Shown: piece by piece, positions 27,178-35,063 of the stretch | How the letters are laid out: each line of letters begins with the position of its first letter | How positions within the stretch are numbered: position 1 is the stretch's first letter | From: Akkermansia muciniphila | GTDB lineage: Bacteria; Verrucomicrobiota; Verrucomicrobiia; Limisphaerales; F1-80-MAGS106 | Reading direction: 5' to 3' | Assembly: GCA_945865375.1 (NCBI GenBank) | Contig: CAMBEJ010000003.1 | Coordinates: forward strand, 9,862 to 73,861 | Length of the DNA: 64,000 bases | Program-made: the position numbers and the translations under genes | The notes under the pieces: generated by a model | Told to the model about the DNA's origin: nothing | What the model saw: only the letters and a program-made list of their open reading frames with translations | Database searches by the model: none

Positions 27178-27921
27178 CTAAACACAAACACCGACTACCT
27201 TAAGAAAAATCTGTTCCAGATTGCAATGGTAACGATCGATCAACTCACTCACACGCCCTTGAATTTTCAACTCCCCTTCGTTGAGGATCCCCACTCGATC
27301 ACAAACGGTCTCGACTTCGCCGAGTTCGTGGGAAGAAAAAAACACTGTTTTCCCTTCGGATTTCAGACGCTGGATGATGGCGCGCACCTGCATCCTTCCG
27401 ATCGGGTCTAAACCGCTGGTGGGTTCATCGAGTATGAGAAGATCGGGATCATTGATCAACGCCTGGGCGAGACCCACGCGTTGCTGCATGCCTTTGGAGT
27501 AGGACTTGATGGGACGCCGTCTCGCATGCTCCAGCTCCACAAGCTTGAGAATCGTGTCGATCCGGGATTCGGCAACCGCCTTCTCAATACCGAATACCTT
27601 GCAGTAAAACCTGAGCAACTCCTCAGCCGTCAGGAATTTGTAATAATAGGTCAACTCCGGCAGATAGCCAATGCGTTGACGCGCAACCGGGTCACGAACG
27701 TTCACGCCGAAGATGGAGGCTTGTCCTCGCGTCGGGTTCACAAACCCGAGAAGAACATTCATCGTCGTGGTTTTGCCAGCCCCGTTAGGACCGAGAAAAC
27801 CAAACACCTCGCCCGCATTCACCGAAAGGACCAAGTCGCGAACCGCAAGCTTTGGGGGTTGCCCAATTTCCTTGCTGACATACTCCACACATAACTTTTC
27901 AATCTTGATAATCCCAGGCAT
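27178..27921 (-). CDS. ABC transporter ATP-binding protein
   Basis: Walker A GPNGAGKTTT, signature YSKGMQQRV, Walker B LLILDEPTSGLD and H-loop SSHEL. Confidence 0.93.
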   Translation of the reverse strand: MPGIIKIEKLCVEYVSKEIGQPPKLAVRDLVLSVNAGEVFGFLGPNGAGKTTTMNVLLGFVNPTRGQASIFGVNVRDPVARQRIGYLPELTYYYKFLTAEELLRFYCKVFGIEKAVAESRIDTILKLVELEHARRRPIKSYSKGMQQRVGLAQALINDPDLLILDEPTSGLDPIGRMQVRAIIQRLKSEGKTVFFSSHELGEVETVCDRVGILNEGELKIQGRVSELIDRYHCNLEQIFLKVVGVCV

Positions 27922-27958
27922 GAGAAAGACGTTGGAATTCAGATCATAAACGACTCAC

Positions 27959-27986
27959 GAAAAAACCCGGCACAACCTGTGCCGGG
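27959..27986 (-). terminator. Rho-independent terminator after the 28025 pseudopilin gene
   Basis: Minus strand reads CCCGGCACAGGTTGTGCCGGG followed by TTTTTTT. This is a 9-bp GC-rich stem, a 3-nt loop and a 7-T tract. Confidence 0.8.
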
Positions 27987-28024
27987 TCTGATGGATAATC
28001 AAGAATAGAGTACTGACCACGCGG

Positions 28025-28369
28025 CTAAAGAGAGTGAGTTTGTTCGGTGCATGTCACCGACTGGCCGACAGTCAAATAATCGTAAGTGCCTCCCGCAGGG
28101 CATTCGGGAGCAGTTTTTAAGAACAGGAGCGGCCCCACAAGATCCGCCGGAGTGGCCAAGTCACCGTTCTTCTTTCCGGCTTGCATTGCCCACATTTGTT
28201 TGGCGGATTCGATTTTGGTAAGGTTTTGTATGCAGACCTGGGTTCTCGCGATCTGCCTTGATTTAAGAAAGTTCGGAATGGCTACCGCTGTAATCATGAC
28301 GATTATAGCCACCACAATCATAATTTCAACTAGCGTGAAAGCACTCCTAGCGCTTGGCGATGCACGCAT
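28025..28369 (-). CDS. Prepilin-type N-terminal cleavage/methylation domain protein (pseudopilin-like)
   Basis: 114 aa. N-terminus is ARSAFTLVEIMIVVAIIVMITAVAIPNF (class III signal peptide). Conserved C.QNL..I...K..W, CPAGGTY, and C-terminal C....HSL. Confidence 0.88.
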   Translation of the reverse strand: MRASPSARSAFTLVEIMIVVAIIVMITAVAIPNFLKSRQIARTQVCIQNLTKIESAKQMWAMQAGKKNGDLATPADLVGPLLFLKTAPECPAGGTYDYLTVGQSVTCTEQTHSL

Positions 28370-28408
28370 AGGCTTTTATGTTAGTGTTAGAATCCCCGAA
28401 GGTTCAAC

Positions 28409-28439
28409 AAAAAGAGCTTAGAAGTTGCCCCCTAAGCTC
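28409..28439 (-). terminator. Rho-independent terminator after the 28490 pseudopilin gene
   Basis: Minus strand reads GAGCTTAG GGGGCAACTT CTAAGCTC followed by TTTTTG. Confidence 0.65.
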
Positions 28440-28489
28440 ATCAAGTGCTGACCACCAGAAATACGGGAACAGACTATTTCAGCCCCCAA

Positions 28490-28870
28490 TCACAGAGTAT
28501 GGAGACCGCCCGTGGAGCAAGTCGGATTGTCAGCCACCGTCGCCAGAACGTATGTTCCACCAGCAGTGGGGCAGGTGATGCCGCCGGTCGTCCCATTGAC
28601 CAGTTGCTTGAGATGCTTGGTGGCGTCACCGGAAATGTCGGCCGCTGTCACCGCAGAGGTGGATCCCTTTTTGTTTTCCAGAGCCCACTGTTCAATGGCT
28701 CCTTGAATTTGCTTCATATTTGCAATGCAGGCATTGGTCTGAGCCTGGGTGCGCGCTTTCACGAAGTTAGGAATCGCGATCGCGGCAAGCAAGCCGATGA
28801 TGGCGACGACGATCATGATTTCAACGAGGGTAAACCCTGAACGACGACTCTGATTAAGGTTGGTTTTCAT
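28490..28870 (-). CDS. Prepilin-type N-terminal cleavage/methylation domain protein (pseudopilin-like), paralog of 28025..28369
   Basis: ORF track 28490..28918. The likely start is ATG 28870 (MKTNLNQSRRSGFTLVEIMIVVAIIGLLAAIAIPNF). Same Cys pattern as the paralog (NACIANMKQI, CPTAGGTY, C-terminal C.....HTL). Confidence 0.88.
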   Translation of the reverse strand: MKTNLNQSRRSGFTLVEIMIVVAIIGLLAAIAIPNFVKARTQAQTNACIANMKQIQGAIEQWALENKKGSTSAVTAADISGDATKHLKQLVNGTTGGITCPTAGGTYVLATVADNPTCSTGGLHTL

Positions 28871-29089
28871 ACGATTTTTATTATTGAACTGTATTCTGAC
28901 TTGCACGGTGTGAACCACTCAGGGGGTTTTTGTTATTTATTATTGCGTTTGTTTGTTCACCAGTTTACCCCTGCGAACCGCACACCCTCAAAATAGCAGC
29001 CTTGGTGCCAAAGTCAAATTTGATTTGATTGCTTGTTGTCCTCCTCAGTGCTCTGGCTACACTCTCCCTCGAAATCCAGATGCCGTCTC

Positions 29090-32000
29090 ATGAAGAAGCC
29101 CGTTACGCCAATTTACTTGGTTGCTCTTGTCTGCCTGTTCCTTTCCGGGATCTCCGGCCTCATTTATCAGGTCGTCTGGGCTCGCTACCTTGCCCTTTTC
29201 CTAGGCCACGCCAGCTATGCTGTCGTCGCGGTCCTCACCGCGTTCATGGGCGGCCTCGCCCTGGGCAGCCTGCTTTTTGGCAAGTGGGCCGATCAGACGC
29301 GACGCCCTCTCCTTGTTTACGCCTGGCTGGAAGCGGGCATCGCGGTCTGCGCGTTCCTCTTTCCTTCCTATTACGAGCTCTGCAATCAGGGCTACTTGAG
29401 TCTCGCAAAACGTTTGGCGACCTCAGACACGGGTTTGCTCGCGCTTAAATTCATTTTCAGCGCCGCTTCGATTCTTATCCCCACCACTCTCATGGGGGGC
29501 ACCTTGCCTGTGTTGGCGAAACTTGTCACCCGATCCCTGGGCGAACTTCAGGGACGCGTCGCAACGCTTTACTTCACGAACAGTCTCGGGGCCGTCGCCG
29601 GGTGTGTTATCGCCGATTTTTGGTGGATCCCCTCCATAGGACTCCCGTCCACACTCCTCTTCAGCGGAGCGATCAACGTCGCCGTGGCTGCCCTCGCTTT
29701 CTTTGCCTGCCGTTTCGAAGTCCCGGCCCATGTCGATTCCTCCTTTGAACACACGCCGCATTCGTCCACAAACCCACCCGATCCAGCCATTGATCCAGCC
29801 GCATCCGCGTTGGATTACCGCCTCGCCCTCGTGGGGATCGGAGTGTCCGGGTTTGCAGCGATGCTTTACGAGGTCGCCTGGAACCGGATGCTCTGCCTCG
29901 CGCTCGGCTCCAGCACGCATGCTTTCTCGATCATGCTCATCACGTTCATCGGAGGCATCGCGATCGGCGCTCGGATCGTCTCATTCTGGAGGTCAATCGG
30001 GGACAGCCTCCGAGCCTTTGCGTGGTGTGAGATGGCTCTGGCTGGCTCCCTGTTTTTCTCCATGTTTTTCTATGATGAGATCCCCTACTGGTCCATCAAA
30101 ACTGTCAGCTTGCTGGTGCGGCAGGAAGACGCCTACATCCTGCATCAGTTCGTTCAGATCGGTGTCTGTCTCGCGGTCATGTTCGTTCCCACCGTCTGTC
30201 TCGGCATGACTCTCCCCCTCGCGAGCCGCGCCACGACAACCCAACTCCATCGCACGGGACGTTCGGTGGGCTTGGTTTTTGCCGTGAACACCGCCGGCAC
30301 TGTACTTGGAGCCGCAGCCTCCGGATTGTGGCTGATGCCCGCTCTTGGGCTTGCTCGTCTCCTTGCCCTCGGCATCGCTCTCAATGCGTCCGTCGCCATC
30401 GCCATCCTGCGCCGGGACTGGTTCACCCAAAAGCCAAAGCGCTGGCTCGCCCTTCCGGCCGCCACAGCGGTGTCAGTCATCCTCAGCGGGTTCCTTTTCG
30501 ACAGCGATTGGCAGCACTCCTTCAGCATGGGTCTCTTCCGGGGTTCTGCCCCCGCAAGTCTGGAGGCGTTCAAAAAGGAGGCCAACCGTTATGAGCTTCG
30601 GTATTATAAGGATGGCGCGGGATCCACCGTCAGTGTCCAAAGTTATGTGGAAGATAACACGGAAAAGTTGTTGTTGAGGGTCAACGGAAAAGTGGACGCA
30701 AGCAGCCGTGGCGATGCCACAACTCAGCTTCTTTTGGGCCATATCCCCCTGTTTCTCCAAACTAACGCCACAGCCACCCTGGTCATCGGACTCGGCAGCG
30801 GGATGACCTGCGGCGCCATGCTCCAACACACCTCGGTAACCCATCTGGATGTCGTCGAAATCTCTCCCGAGGTGGCCCAAGCAGCCCGCATTTTTGAAGC
30901 CCACAATGGCAAGGCGCTCGATGATCCCCGGTTGCACCTCCACCTGGATGACGCAAAATCCTTCCTTCAGCTCACGTCTCGTTCCTATGACGTGATCATC
31001 AGCGAACCCTCCAACCCCTGGATGGCGGGTGTTGCCGGCGTGTTCAGTCGCGAACACTTTGGTCACTGCAGGGACCGACTCAAAGCGGGAGGCATCATGG
31101 CACAATGGGTGCACATGTATGAGATCAGCGACGAAGCTCTCCAAACTATCTTGGCCACCTTTTTTTCTGTATTCCAAACCGGTGCCATCTGGCAGACCGC
31201 CCCGGGGGATCTGGTGCTCATCGGCTCTGCCCAAGCCAGTCGGCCGGACTTCGAAAATATGGCCGCCAAATTTAACGAGCCAGCCGTGAAAAAGGATTTC
31301 GAACGGATCGACATCTTTCGCCTGTCAACTCTGCTTTCGCTACAGATCGTTTCAGAACAACGGGCACCGTTCATCACAGCCGATGGCACGCCGATGCAAA
31401 GCGATCTTTATCCCACGTTGGAATACGTCGCTCAGAAAGCCTTCTTCATGCGAGCCGGAAGCTCCCTGCTCGCCTCCTACGCGGAATCCTCTTCGCCGCG
31501 CGCCGGAACCCTCCTGGCACAGTACGCCAAAATCAAACCAATCCATCCGCTCGATCTGCGCGGACTGGTCCTGTTTTTTAACTCCTACGGCATCCCAGAG
31601 AGCCCGATCGCTCGCTCCTATCTGCACCGGTGGCGAGCCGAAGCTCCGGAGGCGCAAATGCCTCTCGAATTCCTTGCCTCGGTAAACAATAACAACGCCC
31701 AGGCCGAACTGAATGTGGCAATCCTAAAGCCGCTCCGAGACTCCATCCTGTCAGGGGCCACCAACCAGGTGGAGCTGCTAAAATGGTACGGCCAATCCCT
31801 CTTGCAAACTTACCGCGGACAACGCTCCACCCTTTTTCTCCCACCCTCTGAAGAACTCAAATCCGCGCTGCATCGCCTCATGGAATCCGACCCAAACAAC
31901 CAGCGCGTCTACCGCCTCCGCCTGGCCGAACTGGCATGGGATCGAAGCGACGACGCCGAATGCCTGGCATTTGGCCAGCTCGCGCTCCACCCCGATAGCT

Positions 32001-32239
32001 CAAAACATGGCCCCAACTCGTTCGCAATCGAACCCTCGGCCCCCGGCCGGGTCTTTCACTACATGATCGAGACCCTGCTCTCCAAAGGCGACGTTGAAGG
32101 GGCCACGCAGTTGTGCAAAGAAGCGTTCAAAAACAATTTTGCAGGCCCTCGAGCCTACCCTGTTTCACCCTTGCTCGAGTTGTCTTGCAGAAAAGTCCTC
32201 ACCCTTGTAGCAAAGCAAAACGCAGACAGAAAAAAGTAG
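29090..32239 (+). CDS. Fused polytopic membrane domain / spermidine-synthase-like methyltransferase-fold / C-terminal helical-repeat protein
   Basis: ORF track 29033..32239; the likely start is ATG 29090 (MKKPVTPIYLVAL). About 12-14 hydrophobic helices occupy the first ~480 aa. This is followed by a spermidine-synthase-like core (LVIGLGSGMTCGAML..VTHLDVVEISPEV..DDAKSFL..YDVIISEPSNPWMAG) and then a ~350-aa helical tail. Confidence 0.85.
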   Translation: MKKPVTPIYLVALVCLFLSGISGLIYQVVWARYLALFLGHASYAVVAVLTAFMGGLALGSLLFGKWADQTRRPLLVYAWLEAGIAVCAFLFPSYYELCNQGYLSLAKRLATSDTGLLALKFIFSAASILIPTTLMGGTLPVLAKLVTRSLGELQGRVATLYFTNSLGAVAGCVIADFWWIPSIGLPSTLLFSGAINVAVAALAFFACRFEVPAHVDSSFEHTPHSSTNPPDPAIDPAASALDYRLALVGIGVSGFAAMLYEVAWNRMLCLALGSSTHAFSIMLITFIGGIAIGARIVSFWRSIGDSLRAFAWCEMALAGSLFFSMFFYDEIPYWSIKTVSLLVRQEDAYILHQFVQIGVCLAVMFVPTVCLGMTLPLASRATTTQLHRTGRSVGLVFAVNTAGTVLGAAASGLWLMPALGLARLLALGIALNASVAIAILRRDWFTQKPKRWLALPAATAVSVILSGFLFDSDWQHSFSMGLFRGSAPASLEAFKKEANRYELRYYKDGAGSTVSVQSYVEDNTEKLLLRVNGKVDASSRGDATTQLLLGHIPLFLQTNATATLVIGLGSGMTCGAMLQHTSVTHLDVVEISPEVAQAARIFEAHNGKALDDPRLHLHLDDAKSFLQLTSRSYDVIISEPSNPWMAGVAGVFSREHFGHCRDRLKAGGIMAQWVHMYEISDEALQTILATFFSVFQTGAIWQTAPGDLVLIGSAQASRPDFENMAAKFNEPAVKKDFERIDIFRLSTLLSLQIVSEQRAPFITADGTPMQSDLYPTLEYVAQKAFFMRAGSSLLASYAESSSPRAGTLLAQYAKIKPIHPLDLRGLVLFFNSYGIPESPIARSYLHRWRAEAPEAQMPLEFLASVNNNNAQAELNVAILKPLRDSILSGATNQVELLKWYGQSLLQTYRGQRSTLFLPPSEELKSALHRLMESDPNNQRVYRLRLAELAWDRSDDAECLAFGQLALHPDSSKHGPNSFAIEPSAPGRVFHYMIETLLSKGDVEGATQLCKEAFKNNFAGPRAYPVSPLLELSCRKVLTLVAKQNADRKK

Positions 32240-32336
32240 AATTGGAGCTCACTGTCAACTCGTCATCCCTTATTCCTAATACGGAGTGCTTAGGGGATAA
32301 GTAAAATTGCCTGGTTCAACCGTAGCTTTTTAAACG

Positions 32337-35063
32337 ATGTCATTTTTTCACCACGGAATGGCATTGTGGGCACTATGCTTGCTCGCTCCCCGCTGCGGTG
32401 CGCAGCATCCAGCACCACGCATGGAGCTTTTTGAGTTCCGCGAACCGCAGCGAACTCGGTATTCCGTGACTCCAGATTCATCCACATCTCCCACCTCGAC
32501 CACGGCAAGAGCTAATTCCCAATGCTCGTGGATCAAAGCGTGGCCTGATGGGGCCTCACGCGATGGTTTTGTGGAATTTGCCAACCGCCTCGTCGTGCAG
32601 CTCGACAACGATCTTGCCTTGCCTTCTTTGTTGAGCACTCAGACGCTTTCCGTGGCACGGCAACTGAACTCGCGCACCTTCATTCTGGTAGCCCGTGATA
32701 CCAAGGCCGCTTTGAGGCAGGCGCAATGGCTGTCCAAACAGCCCGGGGTGGTTGCGTCCTACCCTGTTCCACGCCGTCAGGCGCAACATTTCGGCAGATA
32801 CTCAGATCGACCGAACGATCCCTACTTCTTTCTCCCGAGCAAACCGAACACAGAATGGCAAGCCTACCTCGAAAACCGGGATGCCACCGGCGCGCGACTG
32901 GGAGCGGACTTGAATGTCCGGGCCGCGTGGGGAATTAGCCGTGGACAAGGCATCATTATTGCAATCTGCGATGACGGCTTTGAAATGGACCATCCTGATC
33001 TGCTATCCCAAGTCGCAGGGCCACCTCACCTGGACTTCAGCACACTCTCAACAAACGTCGGCCCTAGCGGCCCATTGTCGAACCACGGAACCGCTGTAGC
33101 GGGCTTGGCCGCCGCCGCCGGGGACAATGGCATTGGCATTTCAGGCGTGGCTCCTGGAGCACAACTGGCGAACTGGGTGGTCTTCGACAAAGATGGAAAG
33201 GTGCCTGATGCCGAAAGGCTCATGGACATGTTCCAATTGCAATCCAACAGAGTCGGAATCCAAAACCACAGCTGGGGAAAAGTGGGAGATAAACAGCTGC
33301 GACTCACCCTTCCGGAGGACATAGGCATTTCCAACGCGGTGACCTTTGGACGCGAAGGCCGCGGTGTGATTTTCGTGCGCGCCGCAGGCAACGGACGAAA
33401 GCTCGGGCACGACGCCAACGATGACGGCTACCAAGCCGATTATCGTGTCATCTCCGTCGCGGCGATGCGGCTCGATGGCCGAGTGGCGAGCTACAGCAAC
33501 CCGGGCGCGTGCATTCTGGTGGGAGCTCTCAGCGGCGATGACACGGGTGAAAATAGTCCTTGCCTTCAAGATTCGCCGAAACTGCTGACCACGGACCGAC
33601 AAGGATCGGCGGGCTTCAACCGAACCACCGACGAGGGCGACCTCTCGAACTACGCGTTCGGAGTCAACGGGTTGAGCGGGACCTCCGCTGCCGCGCCGCA
33701 GATAAGCGGAATCGTCGCGCTCATCCTCGCCGCAAACCGGACCCTCGGCTACCGGGACGTGCAACAGATCCTGGCGGCTTCATCCCGCCATTTTTATTTG
33801 GAGGACCCAAAGCTACGCACCAATGGCGCGGGGTTTGTCATCAGCCACAATCTTGGTTTCGGCGTCCCAGACGCGGGCTTGGCCGTCTCCCGCGCGCAAA
33901 GCTGGATCAACCGACCGAAGCTGGAAATTGTCAGAGATACCCGTGCCCTGAACTCTCCGATTCCCGACCTCGGCCTAAGTGTCGAAGTGGATGGAACGAA
34001 TGTCCCGCCTGCCCTACAATCGATATCCGCGCTCGCGGGCGCGGGGATGCATCCTGACAAAAGCACCGCATCGCTGCCCATGAAAGACCTGGGCAGAGCG
34101 CTGCGACAAGTCACCGAAGATCTCCCTGGCTACTCCGCGCTCATCCAGCGTGACACCGGTTACTTTTGCGAAAAACTGCAAAGGGTCTCCGACGCGGGAG
34201 CCTCCTTTGCTATCGTGCACAATGACCGCGACGCCACGCAACGCATCATCATGGACGCAGCCTGGTGGGTTCCCATTCCTGCGGTCATGATCAACCAAAC
34301 CGACGGAGAGGCCCTGCGATCGTTTCTCTCCAATCAACCCACTGCCAGAGTTCGGCTGAGGTTCGAACCGTTTCGCCACATCTTCAACGTCACCGAGTCG
34401 TTGATTTGTGAGCATGTTGCCTTGCGTGTCGATACCGACCACACCCGGCGAGGCGACCTGCGCATCACCTTGGTTTCACCCGCAGGCACCCGAAGCGTTC
34501 TGCAGCATGCGAACCTGGACGACAGCCCTGGCCCTATCGATTGGACCTACTACTCCGTGCACCATTTCTTTGAGAGCAGCGCCGGGCTGTGGACGGTTGA
34601 AATCAGCGATGAGGAGGAGTTTGGGAGAGGTGCCGTCAAGCAGCTTTGTCTGACAATCCAGGGCGTGCGGATAGCCGACTCCGATCACGATGGATTGGAT
34701 GATGCGTGGGAAATATTGTACTTCGGCAACCTATCCTCGGGGGCGCGCGACGACCCAGACGGAGACGGCTACAACAACGCTCAAGAGCAGTTGTTCGGGA
34801 CGTCACCTACGCAAGCTCCTGAGGGACCTCGGCTCGATATTTTCCTCTGGAGCGATTCCGTCGCACGCCTGAGTTGGTCAAGTCTGGTGAACAAGACTTA
34901 TTTCCTCATCGAACGCAGCCAAGCCAACGGGCCACCTAATCCCATAGCCACGGTGAGAGGAACATTTCCTGAGACTGAATACTTCCTTCCCTTCCTCCCC
35001 ACTCAAAATCACTTCTTCAGCCTCAGAGCCAGTAACATACCGGCGCTCAGGCTCAGTCCCTGA
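32337..35063 (+). CDS. S8 family serine peptidase, kexin/proprotein-convertase-like (PA insert, P-domain, Asp-rich Ca-type repeats)
   Basis: 908 aa with a signal peptide. Catalytic triad contexts are IAICDDGFEMDHPDL (D), HGTAVAGLAAA (H) and GLSGTSAAAPQISGIVALI (S). There is a PA-like insert (GASFAIVHNDRD..IPAVMINQTDGEAL), a P-domain-like block (EHVALRVDTDHTRRGDLRITLVSPAGTRSVL) and the Asp-rich repeats DSDHDGLDD and DPDGDGYNN. Confidence 0.88.
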   Translation: MSFFHHGMALWALCLLAPRCGAQHPAPRMELFEFREPQRTRYSVTPDSSTSPTSTTARANSQCSWIKAWPDGASRDGFVEFANRLVVQLDNDLALPSLLSTQTLSVARQLNSRTFILVARDTKAALRQAQWLSKQPGVVASYPVPRRQAQHFGRYSDRPNDPYFFLPSKPNTEWQAYLENRDATGARLGADLNVRAAWGISRGQGIIIAICDDGFEMDHPDLLSQVAGPPHLDFSTLSTNVGPSGPLSNHGTAVAGLAAAAGDNGIGISGVAPGAQLANWVVFDKDGKVPDAERLMDMFQLQSNRVGIQNHSWGKVGDKQLRLTLPEDIGISNAVTFGREGRGVIFVRAAGNGRKLGHDANDDGYQADYRVISVAAMRLDGRVASYSNPGACILVGALSGDDTGENSPCLQDSPKLLTTDRQGSAGFNRTTDEGDLSNYAFGVNGLSGTSAAAPQISGIVALILAANRTLGYRDVQQILAASSRHFYLEDPKLRTNGAGFVISHNLGFGVPDAGLAVSRAQSWINRPKLEIVRDTRALNSPIPDLGLSVEVDGTNVPPALQSISALAGAGMHPDKSTASLPMKDLGRALRQVTEDLPGYSALIQRDTGYFCEKLQRVSDAGASFAIVHNDRDATQRIIMDAAWWVPIPAVMINQTDGEALRSFLSNQPTARVRLRFEPFRHIFNVTESLICEHVALRVDTDHTRRGDLRITLVSPAGTRSVLQHANLDDSPGPIDWTYYSVHHFFESSAGLWTVEISDEEEFGRGAVKQLCLTIQGVRIADSDHDGLDDAWEILYFGNLSSGARDDPDGDGYNNAQEQLFGTSPTQAPEGPRLDIFLWSDSVARLSWSSLVNKTYFLIERSQANGPPNPIATVRGTFPETEYFLPFLPTQNHFFSLRASNIPALRLSP

